From the NCBI GenBank assembly GCA_040767085.1, contig JAXGPF010000021.1, forward strand, positions 1 through 32,342: a stretch of 32,342 nucleotides of DNA. The letters are read 5' to 3'. The notes under the pieces are model-generated. The model was not told the origin of the DNA and searched no databases. It saw only the letters and a program-made list of their open reading frames with translations. This stretch comes from Kiritimatiellia bacterium. GTDB lineage: Bacteria; Verrucomicrobiota; Kiritimatiellia; JAAZAB01. Made by a program: the position numbers and the translations under genes. Shown one piece after another: positions 1 through 10,488 of the stretch. Position 1 is the stretch's first letter. Every line of letters begins with the position of its first letter.

Positions 1-1794
1 ACCAAATCCGCGCCCATGGCAAAGTTCCGCGGGATCATCCAGGGCCGCCCGGCTTTTATTTTTTTTGGATTGCAATCCCCGTCATTGCTGGCCGAATACG
101 CCAGGTCGGCAGGCATGTTTTATCATGATCACGACGATTTCATCTTCCTTACCTTTGCCGATAAATTCGTGCCGCTCAACAGCCTGGCAGTACGCGAATA
201 TTCATGGAATGCCGAAGCGCCCGGCGCCGCACCCTTTGGCGAACCGGCGCCGACCCGCGAGTTGCACACCGTCATCCTGCCGCGCATCATCCGCAACATC
301 TTCGGCGCCGCCCTGGCCCCGGAAATCCTCGCGGCGGTTGCCGAACCGCTTACGCCGGATAAAATCGATGCCATCAAGGACGCGGCCGGGCTGCGGGAGC
401 AAGCGGCCATGGCGGAACGCGGCGCGCAGGCGCTGGACCGGGCCTGGGCCAAGATCACGACGTCCGGCGACCGCCAGGGGCTGGACGATTTCGCCTTCCG
501 GCGTTTTGTCAACCTGCGCGAGGTTTATCACACCAGCCAATGGCGGGCCCGCATCCGGGCGCAGGTGGTGCAAGCCCGGGAGTTGGCGCGGCAGCGGGAT
601 CCCGGGGCGGCCCGGGCAGCCATTGAAGATGCGGCCAACCTGCTGGAAGCCGCCCGATCCGGCTTGGACCGCCTGATTAAAGACCGCCCGCCGGACCCCG
701 TGCTGGACCGGGACGATCAAGGCCGCTGGTCCGGCAACTGGCGCGCCAACATGGCCGATCGGGCGGAACTGGCCGTGCTGGAAAAACAAATCCGGGATAC
801 GCAAGCCGAACTCGGCGAACTGGCCGCCCGCGGCTCTATTCCAACCGCCATCATGGAACGGTTGTCCAAGCGGGAGAATATTCGCGTCGCGCCCGCCGGC
901 GCACCCATCGAGCCGGACGGCCGGATGAACGAGCCGGACTGGGCCAAGGCGCCGCCGGTGGAATGTTTTCTGTTGGTTTCCGCTGACGGCATTGTTGCGC
1001 GCGCGGATACGCGCGCCAGGTTTCTTTACGACAACCAGACGCTCTATATCGGCGTCAATGCCTGGACGCCCGACCAGTCCCCGCCGGACGGCAAGGATTT
1101 CCTGGAACTTTTTATCTGCGCGCCGGGACTCAACCAGGACTATATCCATTTGTTTTTCAATGCATCCGGCAAAGTCCGGCGTCAGTATCGGGCCCAAAAT
1201 CCCGTGGTCGGCACAACCGCTCCGCCCCGCAACTGGGCATGCCCCGGGTTTGCATCCGCCGTGCACCAGGATGCCGGCCAATGGTCACTGGAGGCCGCCA
1301 TCCCCATGGCGTCCTTGAAATCCCAGCCGGGCGGCGGATGGCGCATTAACCTGCTGCGCGTCTGCCCGACGCCCAGCGGCAGTGAATCGAGCATGATCCT
1401 GCCGCCCGACGCTCAGAACGCGCATGCTACGGACCGGTTTCTCCCGTTGTCATGGGAAGATCGTTCCGCGTATGCCCCGCAGTGCCGGATGGCCGTTTCC
1501 GCCCTTGCATCCGGCGCTGTCACCGTGCGCGACCGCATTGGCGGATTGCTGCGATTCGGGCTGGCCTTGGATTGCAACCAGGTGTTGCGCAATGTTGCCG
1601 TATCCGCGGAAGTGCGCGACCAGTCCGGCCGGCCGATAGCCGCTAAAATGTTGACGACATTGCCCGTCGTTTACTATCGCTACGCCTTTGACGATCCGTT
1701 TTCCGTGGAGTTGCCCGAAGCTTGCGCGGCGGGCAGCGTGACCATTCAAGTTACCGCCGATGAAGGGCGTTTTACGCATGTCGAAAATTATTAA
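1..1794 (+). CDS. Large protein with CBM9/DOMON-like sugar-binding domain (5'-truncated by the window)
   Basis: The frame is open from base 1. Motifs DGRMNEPDWAKA, TRARFLYDNQTLYIG, DFLELFI, WSLEAAIPMASL and WRINLLR are typical of CBM9-like/DOMON domains. Confidence 0.7.
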   Translation, partial: TKSAPMAKFRGIIQGRPAFIFFGLQSPSLLAEYARSAGMFYHDHDDFIFLTFADKFVPLNSLAVREYSWNAEAPGAAPFGEPAPTRELHTVILPRIIRNIFGAALAPEILAAVAEPLTPDKIDAIKDAAGLREQAAMAERGAQALDRAWAKITTSGDRQGLDDFAFRRFVNLREVYHTSQWRARIRAQVVQARELARQRDPGAARAAIEDAANLLEAARSGLDRLIKDRPPDPVLDRDDQGRWSGNWRANMADRAELAVLEKQIRDTQAELGELAARGSIPTAIMERLSKRENIRVAPAGAPIEPDGRMNEPDWAKAPPVECFLLVSADGIVARADTRARFLYDNQTLYIGVNAWTPDQSPPDGKDFLELFICAPGLNQDYIHLFFNASGKVRRQYRAQNPVVGTTAPPRNWACPGFASAVHQDAGQWSLEAAIPMASLKSQPGGGWRINLLRVCPTPSGSESSMILPPDAQNAHATDRFLPLSWEDRSAYAPQCRMAVSALASGAVTVRDRIGGLLRFGLALDCNQVLRNVAVSAEVRDQSGRPIAAKMLTTLPVVYYRYAFDDPFSVELPEACAAGSVTIQVTADEGRFTHVENY

Positions 1795-1821
1795 ATCGCG
1801 CAAATTTATCAGGACAATGCC

Positions 1822-4428
1822 ATGAAGCACTCGATAAATGCAGCCGACTTACCACTGGGCAGCCATCCGCCGGCGTTGGATTTTCCCCACTTCCCGGCCC
1901 GGTGGCAGGCGGTCGTCTGGCGCAATTGGGGATTAATCCCGGCGGAACGCCTGGCGCGTGTACTGTGCGCCCCTCTGGCAACAGTCCAGGCCGCGGCCGC
2001 GGAAATGGGGTTGCCCACGCCGGCGCCGGATCCCGGCTACTGGCCCGCGCGCGGCTACAGCACCATCATCCGCAAGAACTGGCATTTGCTGCCTTACGCG
2101 CAATTGCTGGAACTGCTGGACTGGGATGCCGCGCACATGGCCTTCACCCTCAAGGAGGATGACTTCCTTTGGCATAAGCTGGGCGACTTGAAACCCGCGG
2201 CGGTCCCGGTCTATTACGCGCCGCTGAGTTCCGCGCAGCGCCGGCAGACGGCGGCCTTGCGCAGGGTGGTCGCGCGCCATTTTACCGATGATACGGCCGA
2301 TGCCGTTCCGGGATTCAACTTCATCGAAAAATACAAAAGGCCGGCGGTGTCGTCCGCCCCCCCCGCCGGCGCGGCGCCACGCCCTTGCCCGCCGGACTGC
2401 ATCCGCCTGGACGATTCCTGGCGGCTGGCGCTTCCGCCCGCCGCCGGCCCACATCTCCAGGCGTTTGCCGCGCGCTGGTTGAAACGCCTGGCGGAACAAT
2501 GGGCGCTCCGACTGGACGCCGCCGCGGCATCCGCGCCCCACCATAATAGCATCGCGCTGGAAATCACGCCCGATCCGCAGGCGCCCGTGGAAACCCATGC
2601 CGTTGACGTGAGCCAGGACGGCATCCGGATTGACGCGGTAGATGAATGCGGACTGATGCGGGGATTAAACTTCCTGGCCGATGAAATGGAACGGCAGGAC
2701 GCCCCCTGCCTGCCTTTGGGCGCCCGCCGCCGCCGGACGCGGTTTACCTGGCGCTGCGTGTATCCCTATTACCTGCTCTACGGCGACCCGCTGGCTGATC
2801 CGGAATTCGCCGAACCGCCCGCGGGCTTGTTCGAGCAATACGCCCGCCTGGGGATTAACGGGATCTGGCTCCAGGGCGTCCTGTACCAGCTTGCCGCCCT
2901 GCCCGGAATGCCGCAAACTGACGCTGCCCGTGAAAAACGGCTCGCGGCCTTGCGCCGGCTGGCCGACCGGGCGGGTGATTATGGCATTGGCGTTTACCTG
3001 TACCTGAACGAACCGCGTTGCCAGCCGCTATCCTTTTTTGAAAGCCATCCCGCGTGGCGTGGCGAAACCCATCCCAACGGACTCTGGGCCGGGCTGTGCA
3101 CATCGCAGCCGGAAGTGCGGGAATATGTGCGCGCGGGCGCATATGACGTCTTCCGCAAAATCCCGGAACTGGCCGGGGCATTCCTGATTACCATGTCGGA
3201 AAACCTCACCAATTGCTGGTCCAAATCCAGGCGCAATGAACTGCCGGAATGCCCGCGCTGCCGGGAACGCGATCCGGCGGACGTGGTGGGCGAAATCAAC
3301 CGGGTGCTGGCGGAAGGGATATTGGAAGCCAACCCGCGCGCCCGGGTCGTCAGTTGGACCTGGGGCTGGGCCCGCGCGTTCGATGTGGCGCGGGCGGCGC
3401 GGCACATGGCCCCGGGCACCATGCTGATGTGCACCAGCGAGGAAGCCATGCCGCTGGAAAAATCCGGCGTCAGGATCATCGTGTCGGATTACACCATGTC
3501 CAATCCCGGCCCCGGCCAGCGGGCATTGGATCAGTGGGCAACAGCACAGGCGCAGGGATTGCAAGCGGCGGCGAAGGTGCAACTCAACAACACCTGGGAA
3601 TGCCCGGCCATCCCCTGGCTGCCGGCCATGAAACTGGTGCGCGAGCATCTGGAAAACCTTCAAAAAACCCCTGTCAGCGGTTTGCTGTTGAGTTGGACCC
3701 TGGGCGGATATCCCTCGTTCAACCTGAAACTGGCTGCCCGTTATTATTGGGATGAAGCCGGCCCCGCCGCGGCGTCGCCGGACCGGCTCGCGCAACTGGC
3801 GGCGGATGAATTCGGCGCCGCGGCCGCGCCGCTGGTCCGGCGGGCGCTCCGGAATTTCAGCGCGGCTTTCCGCGAGTTCCCGTTCGAAATCCGGGTGGCC
3901 TACCTGGGCCCCCAGAATCCCGGGCCGGCCAACCTCCTGTTCGATGCCCCCTCGGGCTATGCCGCCACCATGGTGGGGTTCCCTTACGATGCCCTGGATT
4001 CCTGGCGCGGCAGCTACCCGGCGCCGGTATTCGAGGAACAATTCCGCAAGTTAAGCGTCGGCTGGCGCAAGGGCCTGCCCTGCCTGGCCAAGGCGTCCGG
4101 ACTGCCGGACTGCCGCAACCGGGAGCAACTGGCCGGACTGGAACGCGCGGCCTGGGGCGCCTGGCTGCATTTCCGCAGCGCTTACCTCCAGGTAAGGTTC
4201 ATCCGCCTGCGCAACGCCCTGCCGGCGGCCGGGCCGGAACGCGCCGCCGCCCTGCGCGAAATCCGGAAAATCCTGCGCGAGGAAATCCGCCTGGCGCGCC
4301 GGCTGCACGGGCTGGCGGCGCGGGACTCCACCATCGGTTTTGAAGCCACCAACCAATATGCCTATTCCACCCAGGACTTGAAGGAAAAAGTGTTGAATTG
4401 CGAGTTGCTGCTGGCACGGATGCGTTGA
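1822..4428 (+). CDS. Uncharacterised glycoside-hydrolase-like protein (GH20 N-terminal-like domain + putative TIM barrel)
   Basis: 868 aa, AGGA before ATG. Segment ETHAVDVSQDGIRIDAVDECGLMRGLNFL resembles GH20 domain 2; GINGIWLQG and YGIGVYLYLNEP look like barrel strands; CWS...CPRC motif; no obvious signal peptide. Confidence 0.6.
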   Translation: MKHSINAADLPLGSHPPALDFPHFPARWQAVVWRNWGLIPAERLARVLCAPLATVQAAAAEMGLPTPAPDPGYWPARGYSTIIRKNWHLLPYAQLLELLDWDAAHMAFTLKEDDFLWHKLGDLKPAAVPVYYAPLSSAQRRQTAALRRVVARHFTDDTADAVPGFNFIEKYKRPAVSSAPPAGAAPRPCPPDCIRLDDSWRLALPPAAGPHLQAFAARWLKRLAEQWALRLDAAAASAPHHNSIALEITPDPQAPVETHAVDVSQDGIRIDAVDECGLMRGLNFLADEMERQDAPCLPLGARRRRTRFTWRCVYPYYLLYGDPLADPEFAEPPAGLFEQYARLGINGIWLQGVLYQLAALPGMPQTDAAREKRLAALRRLADRAGDYGIGVYLYLNEPRCQPLSFFESHPAWRGETHPNGLWAGLCTSQPEVREYVRAGAYDVFRKIPELAGAFLITMSENLTNCWSKSRRNELPECPRCRERDPADVVGEINRVLAEGILEANPRARVVSWTWGWARAFDVARAARHMAPGTMLMCTSEEAMPLEKSGVRIIVSDYTMSNPGPGQRALDQWATAQAQGLQAAAKVQLNNTWECPAIPWLPAMKLVREHLENLQKTPVSGLLLSWTLGGYPSFNLKLAARYYWDEAGPAAASPDRLAQLAADEFGAAAAPLVRRALRNFSAAFREFPFEIRVAYLGPQNPGPANLLFDAPSGYAATMVGFPYDALDSWRGSYPAPVFEEQFRKLSVGWRKGLPCLAKASGLPDCRNREQLAGLERAAWGAWLHFRSAYLQVRFIRLRNALPAAGPERAAALREIRKILREEIRLARRLHGLAARDSTIGFEATNQYAYSTQDLKEKVLNCELLLARMR

Positions 4429-4568
4429 AAATTTAAACCTGTAGCCGCCCATGGAAAGCCGCTATGTTTTATCACAAAGACGCCAAACCACAAAGAAGAT
4501 GCGGATTATTAACCACCGAGCCGGATGAGCGGAGGGAGAGATTAGCCTTAACGAAGGAACAAATTTAA

Positions 4569-7500
4569 ATGAAACATCATTTCCGCATTTTTCTTTCAGG
4601 CGCTGTTATGGCGGCGGCATGCTGCCGTGGCGCATCCGGCGCCGCTGACGGCGGCGCGCGCCCGGCCGATCTGGATTGCCTGTCCGTGCGCGAATTGCCT
4701 ATGACCGCGGATACGCCTCTGCCGGATGCGGCCGCGACCTGGACCGGCGGCGCGGGCCAGTGTTTTGTGCTGCACTACAGCACTCCGATTCGACAGGAAA
4801 AACTCGATGAATGGTCGCTGGAGCGCAGCCTGGACCTGATGCAATCCATGGGCGTGACGGAAATCTACTGGAGCCACCGCGCCTTCGGCAATGTGCTGCG
4901 CGCGGAAAAACATCCTGCTCCGGCGGTTATGCCGCCTGAATTCGACCGCGTACTCGCAGAAGCCGCGCGGCGCGGCATGACAGTGGGGTTGTTCCTGAAT
5001 TGGAACGAGGCGGGGATTGACCTGGTCAGCCGCGACTATCGTCAGTCCATGCGCAACCTGGTGGATGCCCTGGCGGCCAAGAAACGCCAGTACCCGAACC
5101 TGACCGCGCTCTGGTGGGATGAAATCTGGTGCGCCATGTCCCGCAATGCCTACTCCAACCGCCTGGATACCTTCCGCGACTTCTGCCGCGCCGAATTCAA
5201 TGAGGATTATCCCGGCGAAGCGATGCCGCTGGCGGCCGATCCGGAGAACCGGTGGTGGCGGCGTTACATTGTCTTCAAATACTGCATTTACGAGGATTTT
5301 TCACGCGATTTAACCGAGTACAGCCGCGCCAACGGTCTGACCAGCATTCCCTTCCTGGTCAATCCGTTTGCCTACCGCCGCAGCCAGGGCTGGGGCCATG
5401 ACCGCTACCGGCTGTCCAAAATCGGCGATTTTACGCTGGCTCCGACTTATTACAAGAACCCCATGCCGGTGGAAAACAGCATCATGCATCTGCAGGCTGA
5501 TTTCGGCGGCTTCCCGTTCACCCAGGTGTTGCGCGGCTTGCCCGTCGAGCATTGGACCTTCGCCAGCATGATCAACAATCCGGAATTAATCGCCAAGTGC
5601 AAGGAAATTTACGCGTTGGCCGGCGAATGGCGCGGCGCGCGCCCGGCGGAGGAAGTGGCAGTCTTGACTTTTCCGCCGGCGCTGCTGGGGAAATTTTTAA
5701 AAGCCGAGGAAGTCCATCGCGATCATGAAGAACTGCTGCAACAGACGCTGTCGGCCTATTTTGCCGTCCGTATGCTCGATGTCCGGGAAACCCGCCTCTT
5801 CCAAAAATATAAAATCCTGCTGCTGCCGAAATACGCGGGATATTCCATCCCGCAATTCGCGCTGGACGGCTTGCTGGAGTTTGTTCGCCGGGGCGGCAGC
5901 CTGTTTGTGATTGACGCCGAAATCGCCGTGGGACGGCGCGACCTGACCGATCCCGCGCCCCGCACGGCGGAACTCGCCGGATTCCAGCCCGGAACAGAAC
6001 TGTCCCTCTCCGGCGCCGCGCGGCTGGCCGATTTGATGAACCTGCAACTGCCGCTGGCGGAAGGCACGCGGGCCGCCGCCCTGCCGGATGGCGGCGATAA
6101 AGGCCGCCCCATTGCTTTTGCCGGCGAAATTCCGGTGGGCTTCGACCGTTCCCTGGGGACCGGCCGTGTCATCAGCCTTTACTTCGATCTGGCGCGCCAG
6201 GTCAAACACGATCCCGCACGCTGGGGCTACGCCCTGGCGCGACTCATCGCCGCCCGCCATCAGCCGGCAGTCACCGCGGAAGGCAACATCAGCGTCCAGG
6301 GAGTCATCCGCAAGGGCGACCGGATTCTGATCTCACTGTACACAGCCGCCGGCCCGTCCACGGCCCTCAGCACCGAGCCGACCCAGGTGCCGGAGGTCGC
6401 TCCCACCCGGGAAGGCGCGCAGGGGATCATCCGCGTCCGCCCCGGCGCCCTCGGGATTAACCTGGACGGCTTCCAGGTGTTCAGTTTGGCGGACTACCAG
6501 GTACGTGCAGCGCCGGACGGCGGTCCATGGTCCGCTGCGCAGTTGGAAGATGGCATCCCGGTGGCCATCGTTCCGGAACGCGATTTTGAAAATATCGTGA
6601 TCGAACCGCCGGGAACCATCCATCCCAGCACTTTTATCGCCGACCTGGAACGCGAAAAACAGGAACTAGCGGAAGCGCTGCAAAAAGCGCGCGACAATCC
6701 CCCGCTCGGATACCAGCCGTTTGCCGACCGTATCGCCGTCCAAGCCGGCGGCTTACCGCCGTCCGATGCCACCTGGCACGAGCCAGCCGCAACGCGCCGC
6801 CAGGCTTTTGCCTTCCAGGCTGATACCGCCGCGCCGGGAGAGATCTTCGCCATTCCGGCCAAATGCCTCCAGGAACTTGCCGGCGCCAACTTCCGCCAGG
6901 CCTCTTTCTATTTATACCGTATGCTGCCGGGGCGCCACGAAGCCATCCCCTGCCAGGTGCTGCCCGCCGTTGTCACGCCGTCACCGGCCACGCCGGGTAC
7001 CGGCTCCGGGCCGGCGGAAGACGAACTGGTTTTCATAACCGATGCCGCGGCCGGCGTGAACGAATTTCTGCTTTATTGCAGTTCCGCCGGTGCGGCCCAA
7101 CCGGCGGACCAATCCGGCCTGGCGGAGCGCACAGATGGCCGGCTGGTAGTGACCAACGGGTACAGCCGGGTGGAATTCGCCGATAACGGTCGGATCACCA
7201 TTTTTGCCGCCGGCGCCGATGAATACAGCCTGGACATCACCGATTTCGGCGTCCGGTTCCTTAAAACCTGGACGGTAAAAAAGCCGTTTGAATTGCTGGC
7301 CGACGGACCCGTGGCCGCCATGGTCAGCCGCGAAGTCACTGCCCCATTCCGGAACCAACCGGCAGTGCGCTTGACCGCCATGGCGCGTCTGTACCGGAAT
7401 TCGCCCTGCCTGGAACTGGAATTTTCTAGCAATGTGAGCGGCAAATGCAACCATCTGCGCTGGCCGATGGGCAATATTTACCAGGCAGCCGACTGGCAGC

Positions 7501-7871
7501 CGCTGCGCGAGCAGACCCGTGTTTTCACCGCGGACGGCTGGCAACGCCCGGGCTTCGCCAATGTGCCGCTGCACGATGATTGCCAGACAATTGTCACATT
7601 CGGCCAGCCGCCCGGGCCGCGCAGTTTCGGATTGCTGCTGGCCGCCTCGACCTTCGCCACGCCGCCCCGCTGGCTGATTGAAGCCCCCGGCCTGTTCTGG
7701 CTGCAGCCGACGCGCAACCACGCCGGCTTCGCCCGGATTTACTCCCCCCTGGTGCGCTACCTGCTGGTCCAGGGATTGACCGATCCCGGCGAACTTGATC
7801 GGCTGGCCGGGCGCCTGCGCCAAAAAGTTAAGCTAAAATTCAGCCCGACGCAATCGCGCAAGCAGCAGTAA
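4569..7871 (+). CDS. Secreted/lipoprotein glycoside-hydrolase-like protein with beta-galactosidase trimerisation (GATase1-like) domain
   Basis: 1100 aa, AAGGA RBS, N-terminal signal ending AAACC. LWWDE barrel motif; KYKILLLPKY...LLEFVRRGGSLFV and RSLGTGRVI match the GH42-type middle domain. Confidence 0.55.
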   Translation: MKHHFRIFLSGAVMAAACCRGASGAADGGARPADLDCLSVRELPMTADTPLPDAAATWTGGAGQCFVLHYSTPIRQEKLDEWSLERSLDLMQSMGVTEIYWSHRAFGNVLRAEKHPAPAVMPPEFDRVLAEAARRGMTVGLFLNWNEAGIDLVSRDYRQSMRNLVDALAAKKRQYPNLTALWWDEIWCAMSRNAYSNRLDTFRDFCRAEFNEDYPGEAMPLAADPENRWWRRYIVFKYCIYEDFSRDLTEYSRANGLTSIPFLVNPFAYRRSQGWGHDRYRLSKIGDFTLAPTYYKNPMPVENSIMHLQADFGGFPFTQVLRGLPVEHWTFASMINNPELIAKCKEIYALAGEWRGARPAEEVAVLTFPPALLGKFLKAEEVHRDHEELLQQTLSAYFAVRMLDVRETRLFQKYKILLLPKYAGYSIPQFALDGLLEFVRRGGSLFVIDAEIAVGRRDLTDPAPRTAELAGFQPGTELSLSGAARLADLMNLQLPLAEGTRAAALPDGGDKGRPIAFAGEIPVGFDRSLGTGRVISLYFDLARQVKHDPARWGYALARLIAARHQPAVTAEGNISVQGVIRKGDRILISLYTAAGPSTALSTEPTQVPEVAPTREGAQGIIRVRPGALGINLDGFQVFSLADYQVRAAPDGGPWSAAQLEDGIPVAIVPERDFENIVIEPPGTIHPSTFIADLEREKQELAEALQKARDNPPLGYQPFADRIAVQAGGLPPSDATWHEPAATRRQAFAFQADTAAPGEIFAIPAKCLQELAGANFRQASFYLYRMLPGRHEAIPCQVLPAVVTPSPATPGTGSGPAEDELVFITDAAAGVNEFLLYCSSAGAAQPADQSGLAERTDGRLVVTNGYSRVEFADNGRITIFAAGADEYSLDITDFGVRFLKTWTVKKPFELLADGPVAAMVSREVTAPFRNQPAVRLTAMARLYRNSPCLELEFSSNVSGKCNHLRWPMGNIYQAADWQPLREQTRVFTADGWQRPGFANVPLHDDCQTIVTFGQPPGPRSFGLLLAASTFATPPRWLIEAPGLFWLQPTRNHAGFARIYSPLVRYLLVQGLTDPGELDRLAGRLRQKVKLKFSPTQSRKQQ

Positions 7872-7872
7872 T

Positions 7873-10488
7873 ATGAATAAGACATTTTTTCTTGTCTGCA
7901 TGACCTTGATGATCCATGGATCCCCTGGCGCGCGCGCCGATGCCGGAACCACCGACGCCCATTCGGCCGCATCCGGCGCCATCCTGCCGCCCCGGGCACA
8001 ACCGGACCGCCTGGGAAGCATCAGCCTGCGGATTATCAGCAATCCCGATTGTGCCGGTATGCCCATGAAGGGCGGTGTGCCATTCCCGCAAGGCATGCTG
8101 ACGAATCTGTCGCAACTGGCATTGACCGCAGCGGACGGAACGCCCGTGCCGTTTCACGCTGCGCCGGTCAATTGTTGGCCGGATAAGTCGGTGAAATGGA
8201 TCTTGCTCGACATGGTCATTCCATCCAATTGCCATGAGCTGCACCTGCGTTGGCCGGACTCGGCCGCCGGGCCGGACTCGGCCGCCGGGCCGGACTCGGC
8301 CGCCGGGCCGGGCTCGGCCGCGCAAAGGGGATTATTCCATGGATTCTTGCGCGCATTTTCTGGCGTAGCAGAGGAACTCGCGCCCCTGGCCCGGGAAAAT
8401 CCGCGCCGGATTGTCGTTGATACCGGCGCCTTGCGCGCTGAAATTTCCAAAACCAGGTTCGGCCTGCTCGACCAGGCGATTTGCGGCGGCCGGGCCATGA
8501 TTGACGGGGACGCCCCGCGCGGCGCGTACATGGAGGATGAAAACGGTACGCGTTATTATGCGAAAAACGACCCGCAGGCAACGGTCATCCTGGAAGAAAA
8601 CAACCCGCTGCGCGCCTGCGTCCGGGCCGAGGGCTGGCATATCGCTGCCGCCGGCGCGTGTCTCGGCCGGTTCGTCACCCGTATGCATTTTTACCGGAAT
8701 CAATCGTTCATCAGCGTTTTCCATACCTTCATCATTACAGAAAATTCCAATGCCCGGAAATACCGGGACATCGGAATCGAATTGCCGTTGGCCGGCCGGA
8801 TTGCAGCCTGCACCTTCGACCCGGACAGCCGGCGCGCAATTGAGGCTGCCGGCGAGCCTTACCTGGTCCAATACACGCTGGACGAAAATCTCCTGTTTGA
8901 CGGCGTGCGCCGGACTCCGGGGAAGCACGCGGAAGGCTGGATGCACGCTGTCATGGATCGCGGCGCCGCAATGGGGATCGCGGCGCGCGATTTCCGGCAG
9001 CAGTTCCCCAAGGAACTGGGCATTGCCGGCAACGCGCTGGTATATCATTTCTGGCCGCGGCACGGCCGGCCGCGGACGGTGGTGACGCCGGCAACCATCA
9101 ACCATGACAACGCGCTTCAACTCTGGAACGTGCACGAGGGGGAACTGCTCGACTTCACCTACCCCGCTTTTTACCTCGACTGTTTCGCGGAAATGAAGGC
9201 GGCGACCAGGTTCGGCGATGAGATGGTCCAGGCTTTCGATCTGGCGCCCCGGATTAACGCCCTGGGCGTCGCCAAGACCCATGAATTCATCCTCTGGTTC
9301 GGCGAGGCCGGGGCCGCCGGGGCGCGGATGCCGGCATTGAGCGATTACCTCAATCGTCCGCCGGCGCTGGCGGTGGCCCCGGCCTGGTTTGCCGGCACAC
9401 GGGTGTTCGGCCCATTTGGCGTCGCGGATCGCATCAAGCGCCCGGAAGTTGAAAAGTTTTTTGACGACGGCGCGGCGGCCGCCCTGGCGGTCCGGGATAT
9501 GCTCGGCGATTACGGCATGTTCAATTTCGGCGATACCCATCATGCGATTGACATCAAACGCCGCACCGCAATTCCCTACCGCTACTGGTACAACACCCAC
9601 CATAACATGCCGCGCTGGCCCTGGCTGCAATTCGCGCGCACCGGCGACGAGCGTTGCCTGCGCTGGGGCGTGGCGAACATCCGGCATGTGATGGACGTTG
9701 ATCATTGCCATTACGCCACGCCTGAAGCTGAGGCACAGGCGGATTTCCGGCTGAAAAAACTTATGGGCGGCGTCTGCGACTACAAGGGCCTGGCGCACTG
9801 GTCCGCCGGCGGCCGGTTCTGTTACAACTCGGCGGCCGACGCCTTGCTGAACTATTACTACATCACCGGCGACCGCCGCGGGCGCGACGTTGCGCTCCTG
9901 CACGGACAGGGCATCCTGGCCCACCCGCCGCGCGCCAGCGGCCGGGAAGGCGCCGGCATTTGCGCCAGCCTGATTGCCCTCTACCAGGAAACATCCGATC
10001 CGGCTTATGGAGAAATGCTGGACAAGTTCATTGCCGACATGCTAAAATGTCAAAATAAAGCCGGAAATTTTGAAGGGCGCGCTCCGCATTGGACGCCCTG
10101 GCTGGAACGTTACGTGGAAATGACCGGTGACGCCGCCGCCCAGGCAGCCCTGGTGCGTTGGGCTGATTATATCATGCGTGAGAACGATCCCGGCGAATGG
10201 CAACGCATGGGCAGTTATTATAACCTGTTCGCCTATGCCTGGCGGATTACCGGCCAACCCGAATACCTCAGCTTCGCGCAAAAAAAACTCGAAGAACATA
10301 TTGCCAAAACCCGGCTGGCCAAGCCGACATTGGGCGATCAATGCGGCATTGAATATTTCAATATCCCGGCGGCCAATTGCTGGAACGCGGTGTTCATCCC
10401 CGACCTGCTGGGCGCGTTGGATGAATTTTATTATAACGATCTTATCATCTCGAAACGCACAAGTATAAAGGAGGACTCAGAGCAATGA
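7873..10488 (+). CDS. PcRGLX/YetA-like (exo-rhamnogalacturonan lyase-like) protein
   Basis: Signal peptide; GGVPFPQG...WPDKSVKWILLD (RIFT-barrel-like N-terminus); VDTGALRAEI; YGMFNFGD; QFARTGD...RHVMDVD; YYYITGDRR helical-barrel motifs. Confidence 0.7.
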   Translation: MNKTFFLVCMTLMIHGSPGARADAGTTDAHSAASGAILPPRAQPDRLGSISLRIISNPDCAGMPMKGGVPFPQGMLTNLSQLALTAADGTPVPFHAAPVNCWPDKSVKWILLDMVIPSNCHELHLRWPDSAAGPDSAAGPDSAAGPGSAAQRGLFHGFLRAFSGVAEELAPLARENPRRIVVDTGALRAEISKTRFGLLDQAICGGRAMIDGDAPRGAYMEDENGTRYYAKNDPQATVILEENNPLRACVRAEGWHIAAAGACLGRFVTRMHFYRNQSFISVFHTFIITENSNARKYRDIGIELPLAGRIAACTFDPDSRRAIEAAGEPYLVQYTLDENLLFDGVRRTPGKHAEGWMHAVMDRGAAMGIAARDFRQQFPKELGIAGNALVYHFWPRHGRPRTVVTPATINHDNALQLWNVHEGELLDFTYPAFYLDCFAEMKAATRFGDEMVQAFDLAPRINALGVAKTHEFILWFGEAGAAGARMPALSDYLNRPPALAVAPAWFAGTRVFGPFGVADRIKRPEVEKFFDDGAAAALAVRDMLGDYGMFNFGDTHHAIDIKRRTAIPYRYWYNTHHNMPRWPWLQFARTGDERCLRWGVANIRHVMDVDHCHYATPEAEAQADFRLKKLMGGVCDYKGLAHWSAGGRFCYNSAADALLNYYYITGDRRGRDVALLHGQGILAHPPRASGREGAGICASLIALYQETSDPAYGEMLDKFIADMLKCQNKAGNFEGRAPHWTPWLERYVEMTGDAAAQAALVRWADYIMRENDPGEWQRMGSYYNLFAYAWRITGQPEYLSFAQKKLEEHIAKTRLAKPTLGDQCGIEYFNIPAANCWNAVFIPDLLGALDEFYYNDLIISKRTSIKEDSEQ
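8252..8321 (+). repeat. In-frame 18-bp tandem repeat (GGCCGGACTCGGCCGCCG) x3.9 encoding PDSAAG
   Basis: Three identical units at 8252, 8270 and 8288; a fourth at 8306 has one A>G change and is truncated. Confidence 0.95.

Noticed and set aside
8332-9924. 530-aa minus-strand ORF
   Set aside because: Antisense shadow of the PcRGLX-like gene; no motifs; long shadow ORFs are expected at high GC.
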